From: Nageia nagi
Lineage: Eukaryota > Plantae > Pinophyta
Length of the DNA: 64,000 bases
Reading direction: 5' to 3'
Assembly (NCBI GenBank): GCA_050084985.1
Contig: JBITNC010000001.1
Span: 27,962,001-28,026,000 of the forward strand
Shown: positions 13,432 to 26,523 of the stretch, in pieces
How the letters are laid out: each line of letters opens with the position of its first letter
Numbering within the stretch: the first letter of the stretch is position 1
The notes under the pieces: model-generated
Seen by the model: the letters and a program-made list of their open reading frames with translations, nothing else
The model's database searches: none
Told to the model about the DNA's origin: nothing
Program-made: the position numbers and the translations under genes

Positions 13432-16400
13432 TGTTGGTGTGTTTTCCTTTCCTCTTGAGTAAGGTTGCAAGCAATACTAGGAATGGACTCAACAACTTAG
13501 GTGAAGTAACGTTACCTACTCCCACTTGAAAGGACACCCTACCCCAAGGTTTCTTTTCATGTCACTAGGATTTATAACTTGTCACTTTTTTCTTTATAGT
13601 TTGTCTGATGGCTTGTGAATTCTAGAGCAACTCAACTAAGGAGAGATGAGAGCTGTCAACCTTTTATATAAGGGCTCTGGAGTTTGTTTTCTAGTTAGGG
13701 AATGTCTTCTTATTTTACCGAGATTCGCTGAAACTTGAGGTCATTTCTCGATTTAGTAGCAACGAAAGGGAAACTGGCTTTCAAAGAAAAAAATATAGAA
13801 AATAGAAGGTGAGGGAGGCACAAGAGCTTTAAGTCAAGCTAGCAAAGAAACATCCACTAGTGATGCATTGTCTCGACAGGTCATCTCCAGATTCCTTAAG
13901 AAATCTGTATTCAGTTATCAAGCCTAACAACAAATAGCAAAGCTCAAATTGCTACTAGACGAGAGTAGGAATTTGTTGGGTCTAGGATGGAAGATTCGAT
14001 GGAAATGAAAAATCAAGGAAAAGGAACACATGTGAATACATATTCTAGCTGAATGATATAGAGATAAGCTTTTTGCCTCAGAATACATACACTTATGTGC
14101 AAATCATGCAATGAATAATTCATACCACTTCACAAAATATTTAACTATCTCCTCTTAAAACTCCTAGTTTTTAAAGAGAATGCACTTAAGTAGTAAAAAT
14201 TATCCAAACTGGTAAGAAAATCTTAAAAGATAATATGCATAATCCTACGAAATGGAGGCTCCAATTGCATTAATCTTCAAAGCAATACATCAAAATAGAT
14301 AGTAGTTTTCAGAAAAAGAACTCTTCTAGAGCATAACAAACTCTTCTATCTAATTGTCACACCCCCTTTCATCCATCCATACAAAATGACCCGAGTCATG
14401 AACTTATAGTTTCAAAAAGGTAGGCGCAATAAATGTGTTGTTTCCCTAATCTTGCTCAAAAGGCATCAAATCTAATATCATCAAATCTAATATGGAAATA
14501 AACATCAAATCATCACAAACACCTATGCTACTTTTGTTGCCATGGCATTTAATAATTTACAAAAAATAAATGCTAGTGTCGGAAACTCAAACATGCACGT
14601 CTAGTCTATGAAAATAAAATCAGATATGGCAGCAAAGTGTGACATTTGAGCCGGTGGAAGCAAAATCATCCACACACTGGTCAAATCAATGAAATGACAG
14701 TTTTCAAAATCCCATAAATGCATATGAATTGAAAAAGAAAGTGGGTAGATCAAATCTACTAGCAAATCAAATCCATGAGCAAATCGAATTTGCCTCAAGC
14801 TCCGCGAATTTCCTCCTCTTTGATGATGTCAGGTGGTGGGCCCAATCTTGAATGTCTTGATGTGCTTTTGGAGAAGTTGCACCAAAATGGGTTTTTCAAT
14901 TTCAAGAGCTCAAAATTATGTGACCTGCATCATGGGGTCTTAATGATGTGCCTTAGTGAGAATGAAGTGCTATTCATTTATACATGAGTAAATCATTTTC
15001 TTCATCTACATACGATACTCTGGCATACCCATCAACTGTCTCAACATGTTACTATACTCAAACTAAAAACTTTGAATCATCTTGTATCACTTCCCCTGTC
15101 CAAATTGCTATTTGGCAACCTAATTCCCTTCTCACAAACTTTGCCCTTTAGAGATGAGTTTTGCACTGTCTTCTATAGTTGCGGCTTCCAAAGATATTTA
15201 GTTATCAAACCTCTTGAACAAGTACCTTTAGTGTGTTGCATGAAAAAGGAGTCTTGCATGATATTCATAAATCTTTTCTTCTAAGGCAAGTGGCATATGC
15301 ATGGCATGCATTTGATGTGTAGCGCTTCTTGGACAGGTGGCATTGTTTGGAACAAATGTCAATGCTTGGGACATATGGCAGGCTTCAATTTGGTATAGAA
15401 TGGGTTCAATGCATGTCTTCTATGTCTGGGCGCACCTTTTGGCATGAGTGCTTTTGGTACTCTATGAAAACCATGCCCATTCGCACCAAAATAGAGTATT
15501 GCTTTTCCATGCTTAGAAAAAATTATGCCTCCAAATTTGTTTGCATGTTTTTGATGGGTGCTTTTGCACATGGGTGCATCATTTTGGAGGAGTGCTTTTT
15601 CATGTCTCAGATGCTCCTACCAATTTGGTGTAACAAATGACTTAGCTAAATTTTCTTTCAAAATTAACCCCTTTGAGCTTGGGCGCACCGTTTTTGGTAT
15701 GTGCTTTCACATGGGCATACCGTTTTTGGTACGTGCTTTTGCATGTCCCAAAATCCTTGCGCCTAGGGGGTGTAGGAACCTTGTCAAAAACTTAACTTGA
15801 ATTTCTCAAAGAATTTTGGGCACACCAATTTAGGAGAGTCCTTTTGCATGTCCCAGAAAACATGCGCCTGGGCTAAGATGAGAATTTCAGACTTAGACAA
15901 ATATTTGGCTCTGGGCTAGGATGTCTTGAAATTCGATGCATTAAAATGAGTGTCTTGTTTTAATTTTTTAGGATGCACACAACTCCCATGGTGCTCTTAC
16001 TGATGCAGGGAAATGATTCATAGAAAAAAATGGCCTCTAAAAATGATTTCTAGAATGGGGCGCACCAATTTCTATTGTTGCTTTGCTTTCACATATGCAG
16101 TAATTCAACACAACACCAAATGATTTGCCAAATGCATCAAAAATGAAGTTGACCTCCCTTTTATAACCTGCGATTCCATATGGACATGTGTCACATGCTG
16201 TTTGGTGTAAATGAAGGCCCAATGCATGCTTACACACTTGTTTGGCCCATAGTGAATGTTCTAGAATTTTTGACACTTAGTTAATTTTTGTGCACATGAG
16301 GGGTGAGCCGTTTTGGTACATGCAAAAGCATTTCCCAAAAAGCATGCACTCAAGCTGTTTTTTCCAAAATCTCAAAATTATGCTAAGTGTTGGAAATGCC

Positions 16401-17671
16401 TCATTCGCTTGGGCGCACCATTTTTGGTACATGCTTTTTCACTTCATGAAATACATGTGCCTAAGGACAATATATGCTAAAGTTGACAAAACATGACCAA
16501 AATGACCCGAAAATGATGTGCAATGGAGGAAAATGCCTTTTCAAATATGATGAGTGTAATTTTGGCATGAAAAATGCAATTTTAGACATAGAAATGCAGG
16601 AATTGACTAGATATATGAAAATGAAGCTGGGTGCACCATTTTGGTAACATGCAAAAGCATGTCCCCTAAAACATGCGCCTAAGGAAAAATAATGTTTTTG
16701 GACCTGTTTCAACTTGAACATGCAAATTTTGTCACATTTCTCCTTGTTTGGATATGAAACTCATGCATTTGACTTAGAAATTTTCATGCCTTGGAAAACT
16801 TATACCTCCAAATTTGGTCACACCATTTTGAGTGAGTGCTTTCACATGGGCACACTGTTTTGGAGGAGTGCTTTTGTACTCAATGAAAAGCATATTCAGT
16901 CGGGTTGTTTTGGAGTGCTTTTGCATTGCTTGAAAAACCTGCACCCAACTGATCTTGGACCTGAATTACTCAACCATGAACGCCAATGCAGAAGAAGAAT
17001 GACATCAAGTGCATAAATGATGGTGGGCGCACTGTTTTAGGTGAGTGCTTTTGCACTTCAGTAGAGCTAGATGCCACATGAAAATGAAGTGATCCAGAAT
17101 ACAAAATGAACTAGCATGCTGCCATTTATACTATGTAGTCTCCAATGGACAAGTGTCACATGCCTACAAGTGCAAAAAGTGATCCAATGCATGTGAGGAC
17201 ACTTGTCTACTCCTCAATGTATGCTCAATTTCTCAATGACTTAGACAATTTTTAGCACCCTCAAGGCTGGTCACACCATTTTGAGTGAGTGCTTTTTCAC
17301 TACACAAAAATGGTGCGCCCAAGGTAAACACTTAGCCAGGTTTTTCTAGAATGATCTCAAAATACATGGAAGCAACCACTTGACATAGAAATGGATAATT
17401 TTAGACTTGAAAATGCATGATTTTCCTGTGAAAATGCAGATTTTTACCCAATTGCACCATTTCAGCGAGTGCTTTTACACTCATTAGAAAACATGCCCTC
17501 ATGACTTAGAAAAAATTTCATCCATGATTCTGCCAAAGTATGCATAGCTTAGCCACTTATACCTCCAGTTGGTCGAAATGCATTGGATTTGAGGAGAAAA
17601 TATTCATCCCAATGGCCTTAGCTCAAAAGAGAAATTGCGAAAATTTTGGGGTGTGTTGTGTAGGCAGAAGA
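13432..17671 (-). mobile_element. Long solo-LTR-like element, copy 1 (4240 bp)
   Basis: 5-bp TSD GTTTC (13427-13431 / 17672-17676). Left end TGTTGGTGTGTTTTCCTTTCCTC and right end GGGGTGTGTTGTGTAGGCAGAAGA match the termini of 21487-28479. Many gggcgcaccattttgg...tgcttttgcatg repeats at 15300-17500. Strand inferred from copy 2. Confidence 0.85.
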
Positions 17672-17801
17672 GTTTCTATATGCAATCTTCAGTTTTTGGA
17701 AAATTCACATACATGAAAAATTCTTCTTTAGCAGAGTTAGTATTACTTGAATAAGTTCTTGTTCAGCCCTGACAATAGCTATTTTGATTGTGGAATAAAT
17801 T

Positions 17802-19134
17802 TGTTTCCACCAAAATGAAGAATCAAATTAATTGAAATCACAAAGGCATGTTGGCCAACCAAAAGTAGAAGAAAACAATGAAACTGAAAAACAAAGTTGA
17901 GGAGTATCTCATGAAGACAAACAAAATCCGAAATCAAAGGCAAAATGTGCATGGGCATAAGGGAGAAACTGAGTTATTATTGGGATGAACAAAGAACAAT
18001 TCAATTCTAAACAAGATATGTATGAAACAAGATTCTAAAAATGCAAATAAGCTAGGTTTGATAAATGCAAATATGTAGCTAGTCTGACCATAAATGCGAG
18101 TAGAACTAGAAACTATGCATATTGCTAATGCAAAAGACAAGGGAAAGTTTGAGGAAACATGTCTTATGTGGTGCAATAGTGGATGATACCTACAATTCAA
18201 GGTAGATAGCATGTATACCATAGGAATCATACCATTATTAATAGAGATGAACATAGTGTTTGCCCCAATGTGATAGTTGAGATATTGCATGCCTTGCGAG
18301 TGTGTCCTCATAGGAGCTATCTCCCATAGTGTGGACCCTATGGAGATAGGTGTGATCTTGAAGATGATTTCAAGTTAGATGGGGAAGGCCTCAAACTCTG
18401 CCAGAATAATGGATTGAGGGACCATGCTCTTGCAATTATGATTTTGCAAATTGACAAGAGGAGATACAAAGACCTTATCTGGAAGATGGTGGATTGCAAG
18501 CTTGTTGGCAGGCAACTTGTGTTCTTGGAGATGATGATTCTGAATATGATAATTTTGCCGAAGGTGATGCAACAATTGATATACAAACAATCTAGAACGA
18601 TCTAGTTCAATTGCATGGGCTGTTGAGGCTTGAGATCAAAGTGTTTGTGTTTTGGGCTTGCGATGCTAGAGTGCTAGGCATTCTAGGCTTTGGGTACTAT
18701 AACATTTGGTGTTTTGGGTTTGGATGCTGTAATGTTTGGGCATTCTTGCCCAGAGACCTATTTTCTTGCGCTTCATTTCTTTGTTTGCTTGGATGATGAT
18801 ATTGATGTGATGATAGAAGATAAGCTTGTGTGATGATTATTAGTTATGATCTTTCAAATGTTTTTCTTGTCATTTATTTTTCATCATCATATTTGGAATG
18901 AGCACTTTGGAGTATTTTATAAAGGATTCACAAATTTGACTTTGCGTTTATTTAGGTGGACACACTTAGAATAAGGTGCACAAAGATAAAGCTAAATTAG
19001 AAGATATCACTTAACTTATTTCAAAACAACCCTACAAAATTGACATTTTACATAAATCATGCAAAATGTATTAATAAATACATTTTAAATATCCAAAATG
19101 CAAATTTTAGTGTCCGCAGTTTTTAAGTGGAACA
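17802..19134. mobile_element. Probable solo LTR, same family as 9575-10195
   Basis: TGTTTCCACCAAAA...TTTTAAGTGGAACA inverted ends; no convincing TSD. Confidence 0.5.
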
Positions 19135-19688
19135 CTTGTATCAAGAAGCCTATTTGTTTTGGAGTACTGATGCAGGTATACATGTATTAAGTAAGGAAGA
19201 TGCTCTGTACTGTATAAATATTTTTTGTGGACTCACATGATTGTATTATTGAAATGTTATATGTCCATTGTATTGGTTGTTATTAACAAGGTGGATTAGG
19301 TGGTGGTTATCTTATTATCAGCACTAACAAATTGACCATCTAAAGATGTTAACAACTATATTTTGGCTAGTGGTGATGAACTTACATCAGATGTGACAGT
19401 GACCTCAAAGACTTCCTTTTGGCACTTATTTGTATACACACCCAATTACTTATGATGCTTTTTTTTCTATATGCCAAAAGAGTTCTCAAACATGGCAGTG
19501 CTTTAATAGAGATTTTGTATAATCTATGGATTGGGTAAGATTAGTAGTATCTGGCAAATATAGTTTAATGCACAGGGATGAATATGTTTCTCAACATTAA
19601 TTTGATTTCTCTTGTTATATTTTTGTTATTGACTCTTGAAATGCTCCCTATATGTATATTATTTAGTCTGAAAACTTGGATTATTCAG

Positions 19689-19755
19689 TGAACGTGTTGC
19701 AGCTGGTCGTGCACTTGATCTTCCGGTGTATTTTGGAGATGCAGGTAGTCGAGAG
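19689..19755 (+). CDS. KEA2: KEA1/KEA2-like exon (KTN domain)
   Basis: ttcag|T GAA...GAG|gtgagt; (S)ERVAAGRALDLPVYFGDAGSRE. Confidence 0.95.
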
Positions 19756-19848
19756 GTGAGTTTTACCATATCTTATTCATGGAATATTGTGTGTAATCTG
19801 TTCCATTGTCATATAGAAATATTTGTTATATAATTCCTTAATTCTCAG

Positions 19849-20025
19849 GTGCTTCACAAAGTTGGGGCAGAGAGAGCAGCTGCAGCAGCAATAACTTTAG
19901 ATACACCTGGTGCCAATTATCGGACTGTGTGGGCTCTCAATAAGTATTTTCCACATGTGAAGACATTTGTCCGTGCACATGATGTAGACCATGGTATTAA
20001 TCTTGAGAAGGCTGGTGCTACAGCG
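19849..20025 (+). CDS. KEA2: KEA1/KEA2-like exon (KTN domain)
   Basis: ctcag|GTG...GCG|gtatgc; VLHKVGAERAAAAAITLDTPGANYRTVWALNKYFPHVKTFVRAHDVDHGINLEKAGATA. Confidence 0.97.
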
Positions 20026-20293
20026 GTATGCCCTTTGTAAATATTGTTACAAACATAAAGTAGATGGTTAATAATTTATTAACTTTTGCATGGTCCATTG
20101 CCTGTTGTTGTTCAAAATGGGTTGCAACAATGTCTGATTTGGATGTTGTCTTCCTACTTTACTTAATTATGTTTCTATTTTACAGTTTGCTATGCTGTTC
20201 AAAATTCCAATTGACTATTGTCAAAGTTTTTAGGGAGTCTTTCATGTCTTGTATTGAATCTATCTTATGTGCATTTCAAATTTCAATCCTCAG

Positions 20294-20350
20294 GTTGTGC
20301 CTGAAACATTAGAACCAAGCTTGCAGTTGGCCGCTGCCCTTCTTGCACAG
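20294..20350 (+). CDS. KEA2: KEA1/KEA2-like exon
   Basis: ctcag|GTT...CAG|gttact; VVPETLEPSLQLAAALLAQ. Confidence 0.95.
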
Positions 20351-20610
20351 GTTACTTTTGTGCTGTAGAATATTAACAAGATTTACTTTCATAATAAATG
20401 AATGATTGTTTTAAGCAAATAGATTACATCAGTTTTGTGCTTATTGTTCATATCAATAGAATTATTGTTGAAAAAAGGAAAAGAAAAAAGTTACACTCTG
20501 AAAGCACTGAATTTTTGCTACAAGTTACTTTCGGTTAATCTTTTCTTAATTCAGATACTATTTCTAAGCTATTAAAACTAATATTTATTTGCATATATTT
20601 GTATTCATAG

Positions 20611-20685
20611 GTCAAGCTGCCTGCATCAGAAATTGCAGCAACAATTAACGAATTCCGGACTCGTCATCTCTCTGAGCTTACTGAG
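20611..20685 (+). CDS. KEA2: KEA1/KEA2-like penultimate exon
   Basis: catag|GTC...GAG|gtacat; VKLPASEIAATINEFRTRHLSELTE. Confidence 0.95.
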
Positions 20686-22859
20686 GTACATATTTTCATG
20701 AAATTTTACCTGGTTACAATCTTTGTGCAAATTTCAGATATGTAAGAAAACTTTTCCAAATCAGACAAGAAGATCAATGGAGAAGGCTAGGTGAATCAAA
20801 AGATAGAGGAAAAGTAGATTAATGCATGAAACTACATGAATTAAAAGAGATTTTGTAATAAAGGCATCAGTGTTGTAAAGACTATTTTCATGTTTAGAAA
20901 GAAAGAAATAAAAGAGAGAAAGGTTGGTCAATGGAACTCTATACAAATTGTGTAAAAGCGCTATGAGAGCCCTAAGGGGCTCAGAAAAGAAATAAAAAAT
21001 AAATTTCGGCTAAGACAAATTAAGGAAAAATGGAAGCATATAGAAGATATGTTTGAGCAACATCGATTACCCCAAACAATTGCAAGAAAGCTCACTATTA
21101 ATCATTTTTTCTCAACTACCAACTCACACATTTTCTCCCCTTATGGTATACTTTTTTTGCATGTGATTCCATTCTTCTCTCTCTCTATATCTTTTCATTT
21201 GTCACAGTTTTCCTTTTAAGAGGCTTTTTAACACGCAACTTAAAGACAGGATACAGGTGTAGCCAAGCCTTATGTGGGCATTTAATTTATCTATGGCATT
21301 TTGGTGGGCATCATTGCCAATTCTATTTTTGATTGATTGTTATGCTCCTTATATTGTCAATTATTCACTGGCCTTTGAGCTGATGATAGAGTCTAGTTTT
21401 TGCAGTCCTTCATAATGTCAGCCCATTGGGTTTTCAACCTCTTAGCACTTTTTTCTTTCTAGCTGGATGTACTTTTGAGTCCCATTTGTTGGTATGTTTT
21501 TCTTTCCTCGCCCAAAACATGCACAAGACTTGGAGGAAATAACGTTACTTGTTTCCGCCTGAAAGGACTGGTTACTCCAAGCACTCACATGGAAATGGTC
21601 TAGGGCACAATGGTCAAAGATGCATGTTGTTAACCGTATAAAAGGGAAATACATCGTCGGGATTCGTTTTCAACAAAAGAGGAAAGACTGCAAATGTGAA
21701 CGAAAGCGAAGAAAGATCACAAATACAGGGATAAATGCATAAGAATATAAATGATGAACTTATGAAGATATCACCAGTGATGCAGTGTCTCAATAGGTCA
21801 TCTCCAGATTCATTAAGAAAATATATTCACTATCAGGTCGAGCAGCAAATAGCAAAAGGCTCAAGTTACTACCAATCAAGAGCAAGAAGCTATAAGGTCT
21901 TGTTGGAAGATTGGATGGAATAGAATGAAGGGTATTGACAAACATGTGAATACATAATCTAACTGAATGACATAGAGATAAGTTATATGCCCCAGAATAA
22001 CATGCAAACCATGCATTGAATAACTTAAACCACTTCGAAAGATATTCAATCAACTTTTTTTAAAACTCGCAGTTTTTAAAGAAAATGAACTTAAGTAGTA
22101 AAAATCATTCAAACCAGCAAGAAAGTTTCACAGGATAATATGCATGATCCCACAAATGATAATCTTCATAATATTAACTTTATAGAACTATTCCAAAAAG
22201 AAATAAACTCACAATGATATTCCATAGCATGAATAGAAGCATTCCTTTCTTGATTGCAATGATCTCAATATCATATTCAACATGAAACAAATATATGACA
22301 ATATACATTCATGATATGCAAAGAATCCCTTATGCAGCAAATCCTTATGCAACCATATGCAAAAATCCTCAATTTTAGCAGATGCAATAGTCTCATGCAA
22401 TCAACATTATCCAAAATCCTCTTCTAAATGGCTTAAATGGAGTATAAATAGGCCACTAGAAGTGTTGCCCTAAAGGCATCAAATTTGATATGGTGTGCAC
22501 TCCCGCAACACACATACTGATACAAAATTTGATTGTTCACAAAAAATGATGCAAGTGGCACTTAAAAGCTGACAAAATATAAATGCCACAGCTGTAATGC
22601 ATTTAATCTACCTCTAACCTATGTAAAAGAAAATCAGATATGCAATAAAAGTTTGACATCTGAACCGATGGTAGCAAAACTTCATCCTCGCATTGGTTAG
22701 AACCATTAATAAATCTGACAAATTTGACTTGGAGGGAGCAAAACCTCATCCCTACACCAGTCAAATCGAGTAAATAAAGTTTGACAAACAATAACCACCA
22801 TCGATATGCATTAAAACAAATAAAGATTAACGTAGATAGAATCTACGAGTGGATCATAT

Positions 22860-25800
22860 CTAGGCAAGATCTGACCCAATATCGGTGGAGTTCCACTTCT
22901 TGTTGGTGAGATCGTACGACTCAATGGTCTCTTCCAAGAATGCCACAATCTTTTGTACTTCCCTGGAAACCATTTCAACGATGCTGTCATTTTGCTGGAA
23001 ATAGTCCTCAATCTGCTTGGACGTAGCTTGCATTTGATACTTCCAGATACCCATCTGCCTTTCATGGATGATAGAATGCCCTACTTTTAACAAATTGAGA
23101 TCTTTGACATCTAGATGCTCCTGGATTAGATTTTGGGTCTCTGCCAATATTGCTTCTTTCTTGCGCACGTTATCATCCTCCTAAAATTTGAGCTGGTATA
23201 CGTATCTGCTCATCTACTCCTCTACCTCCTTTCTCAAGGGGATCCTGACTTTCAGGACGACATTGCACTTCTCGAGTGCATGCTTCAGCCAGTCGTGCTG
23301 ATACATAAACTCATGTTAGTAAACCAATTTTTCAGGTCTATCAGCGAATGTTTGCTATAGATGGGTGACGTTTGGGAGATAACCATCCAGCTTCTCGAGA
23401 TATGCCATTATCTGGGACTTGAGTTCTCGGATTCCAACAACTTCCTCGAGGAGGCTATATATTTGAGAAGATAACTTCTCAATGGTCTCCATCATCTCCT
23501 TTTTTAGTTAGTCCTTCATTAGCTTCTATCCTTCATGGAAGGAGGCTTGTTTCTTAGGTCGACAAGGGTGGTGCTAATGGTTTGGAACTCTATAATAATT
23601 TTCCTGCTAGCTGTGAGTTCTCTTTTGAGGCTCTTCACCTCCTTCTTAGCTTCGTAGCCTCTTGTTCCATGAAAACAACATTTTGGGTCACAATGTGCTT
23701 AAGGGCTATTAGCCCCAACTAAACAGACATCTTAAATATCTCGATCATACAGTCCTCGGACCTCTGAGGATGTTTCTCCTTGGAGTAACAGTGACTGATG
23801 GAGATCTCTTTTTAAGTAGTAGAAACAAAAGTATCAACTTGTCTAACCTTCTCACCATTAGAGAGCTCCTCTTCTTCATCCTCAAATCTCAAATCCTGAT
23901 CTATTTCTTCATCATGAGCCATACTCATGCTTAGGGCTCTAAAGCAGGCATCTAAGTCAAGATGCGGATGTTCGGTTGCTAGTTTAGGGGGGAGCCTCTA
24001 TACCAGCACTCGGCCTTTGATGATCTTCTTGACTTCTTTGGTCGGAATGGTCTAAACAAGGGCAACTTCCTTACCTTGGTGCTCGTCTTGTTTTCTCTTC
24101 TTCTTTTGTTCTTCAGTCTCCCCTTCATCTTCTTCATTCCCGCCACTGCCACCTATCGATATACCTTTCTTCCTTGGCTGAGGGGATCTTTCATGATTGG
24201 TCCTCTTCATAGAGGGCTTTTGAGAAGATGAGGGTGACCTCTTTTTGTGTTAGGCAGGAGAGGGCTTGGAGGCACCCACCTCTTTGGTACACTTCACTTC
24301 GACGATTTGGACTTCATCATCATAAGTCCCAACGTCTATGATCTGGTCATCTTCATCATCTGGGAGAGTTTCAATCTCTGTCTCATTAGGCATGGAAGCA
24401 CCTATAGCTACGTTGTCCTGTCTATGGTACTCTTCATTAGCAACATCACCTGCATCATCATCATCATCATCTGGGAGAGTTTCAATCTCTATCTCATTAG
24501 GTGCGAAAGCACCTACAGCTACGTTGTCTTGTTCGGGGTACTCTTCATTAGCAGCATCACCTACATCATCATCATCATCATCTTCTTCTTCTTCACCATG
24601 ACTTTCCTCATCACTTTCCTGACTCTCTGTCTCTTACTCAGAGTCTTCTACTATGTGGTTGGGTTCTTCATCATTTTCTTCATTGGAAGAAGTGGAATGT
24701 TTGGAAGAACTGGAACTTGGTTGTAGCAGGGGAACTTTCTCTCCACATCCAGGAGGACAAGTGGGTCTAGAAGGGATTTCTTCAATGGGTGAATCATCGG
24801 CGCAGGCCTCCTCCAACATGCTCAAGGGGACAGTGCGGTAACCAACATCACTCAAGTCAGCTATCACCACATTGCGCTTACTAGGTCTTGGGGTGTGCTC
24901 CCTTGCAGCTCCTTGTCTTTTCCCAATGGGAAGCAAGGACGTTCTATGCTATGGAGGCACAACTTTTGCAGGAGGAGGGGATGTTTTGATCCTCAGCGGG
25001 ACCTCTTTGGATCTTGCTTTCACAGTTTTGGGTCTCTAAGATGTCCTTTCTGCCTCGAGGGGAGCCTTATTGCTGCTAAAAAAAGAATCTATTCTTGCTA
25101 TCTCTTCCTCATCTCACACATTTCGGTACTTCTCCACATTCCGTAAAGATTTATGTTGGTGGGCAAGAGGTTTATGGAATGCGATGTTGTAGAAATGAGC
25201 AATTACACCTCAGGAATCATAATTTGTAGTTGCCATCTCCTTGAAGAAGATGTACTGCTGGAACTCCTTCTTCATACTATTGGTTTCGACCAACATTTGG
25301 CAAACATAACTTACAATTGAGATGGGCAAGTTGATGGTTGCATTCTTCTTTCTCCATACTCATTCCTTCAAAAACAATAATTGTCTAGCAAATTCCATGA
25401 GGACGAGTCTATTATTGGCATATCTGGGCAGGAGCAAGGATTGTTCTTCAGAGCCATAGACCTTGATGTAAGTATGACCAGTAGAAGTTTGCATGTACGT
25501 TGATGGCCTGGATAGTAGCATCAGAAATGCTCTTGACTAACGATTCTCCCTTGATATCTTTGTAAATAGCATACTCCCACCGATCATTTCTCTCATAGAA
25601 ATGCTAGAATTTATTATGATACCACCACTTCAGGTAAATTTGCCATATTGGAGTGCCTTTCTGACCCAAATATCTCTCATCCACAAGCTCTCTTGATTTG
25701 AGCTTGACATGCAACAATAGGTACAGAAGATAGGAGTTCACATAAAACCTCTTGGAAGAGCCAAAGTAGGTTAGCTAGTGGCGTAGGGCATCATTGATTA

Positions 25801-26523
25801 CTGTGCTCCATCTAATGGCTCTCCTTGAGTTGATCATTGTGATAAAGCCAGTGAACTCCTTCCTATATTTAGAGTTATTTTCCTGACCTGTGACTCTGGA
25901 CAACAAAGTGATCAACTTAGCAACTGTAGGCAGAAATTACTCCTTACGAGCACTGATCAACCTTTGGCCGTGGATACCCTAATAGTCTTCATACAACCAT
26001 CTTCTTATATAATCTCCAGGTCGGGCAGTAGAATCATGGAATTACTCTAAATTGGTTAGTGTATAGTCATCTCCATATCTTCTGTAGCCAAAGGCTACTT
26101 CAATCCCATCCATAGAGAAGTTCATGATTACGTTCCCTTCGGTGTCCAAGAGGACTCTTTTATCATATTTGCATCGCTTGGCTACCTCATAGCACAACTC
26201 AGGAAATGCAATGACAAAAGGCATCATAGTGGCGTTGAACAACCCATAAGAATGGATGATTTCATTTGATAAGTCCTCCTTGTTGATGGAGGCAGTGGAG
26301 GCTATAGTCTGGATGGGGTCAACATTTCCCCAATTTGTGTCTCCAACGAAGATGTATCTCCCCTTGAATTTGGCTTCAAGGAGCTTTGGTTTTTCTCTTT
26401 CTTGAAACTCTATTCGACTCTCCCTTAAGAGCCTTTCCATCTGGTCCCTTGTGACATGTCTTTCAAAAAGTTGTCCTTGACTTTTCTAACCTTGGATGAG
26501 GGAGGCCTCACCGTAGAAGTCAT
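22860..26523 (-). pseudogene. ~3.7 kb degenerate ORF inside the long LTR: globular N-terminal part, acidic low-complexity linker, coiled-coil-like C-terminus
   Basis: ATG at 26523, TATAAAA-like motif near 26665-26672 upstream. Read-through gives LITLLSRVTGQENNSKYRKEFTGFITMINSRRAIRWSTVINDALRH*LTYFGSSKRFYVNSYLLYLL and TYIKVYGSEEQSLLLPRYANNRLVLMEFARQL. Fragments 26042-26440, 24634-24936 and 22860-23168 lie on the same strand. Confidence 0.7.
24360..24581. repeat. In-frame 111-bp tandem duplication in the LTR-borne ORF
   Basis: ctgggagagtttcaatctct at 24360 and 24471 (period 111 = 37 codons), each followed by (CAT)n. Confidence 0.85.

Noticed and set aside
19849-20040. ORF-track 63-aa protein as a standalone gene
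   Set aside because: It is a KEA exon read into the following intron
24247-24726. 159-aa hydrophobic + strand ORF resembling a membrane protein
   Set aside because: Antisense shadow of the acidic (GAT/GAA-rich) linker of the minus-strand LTR ORF
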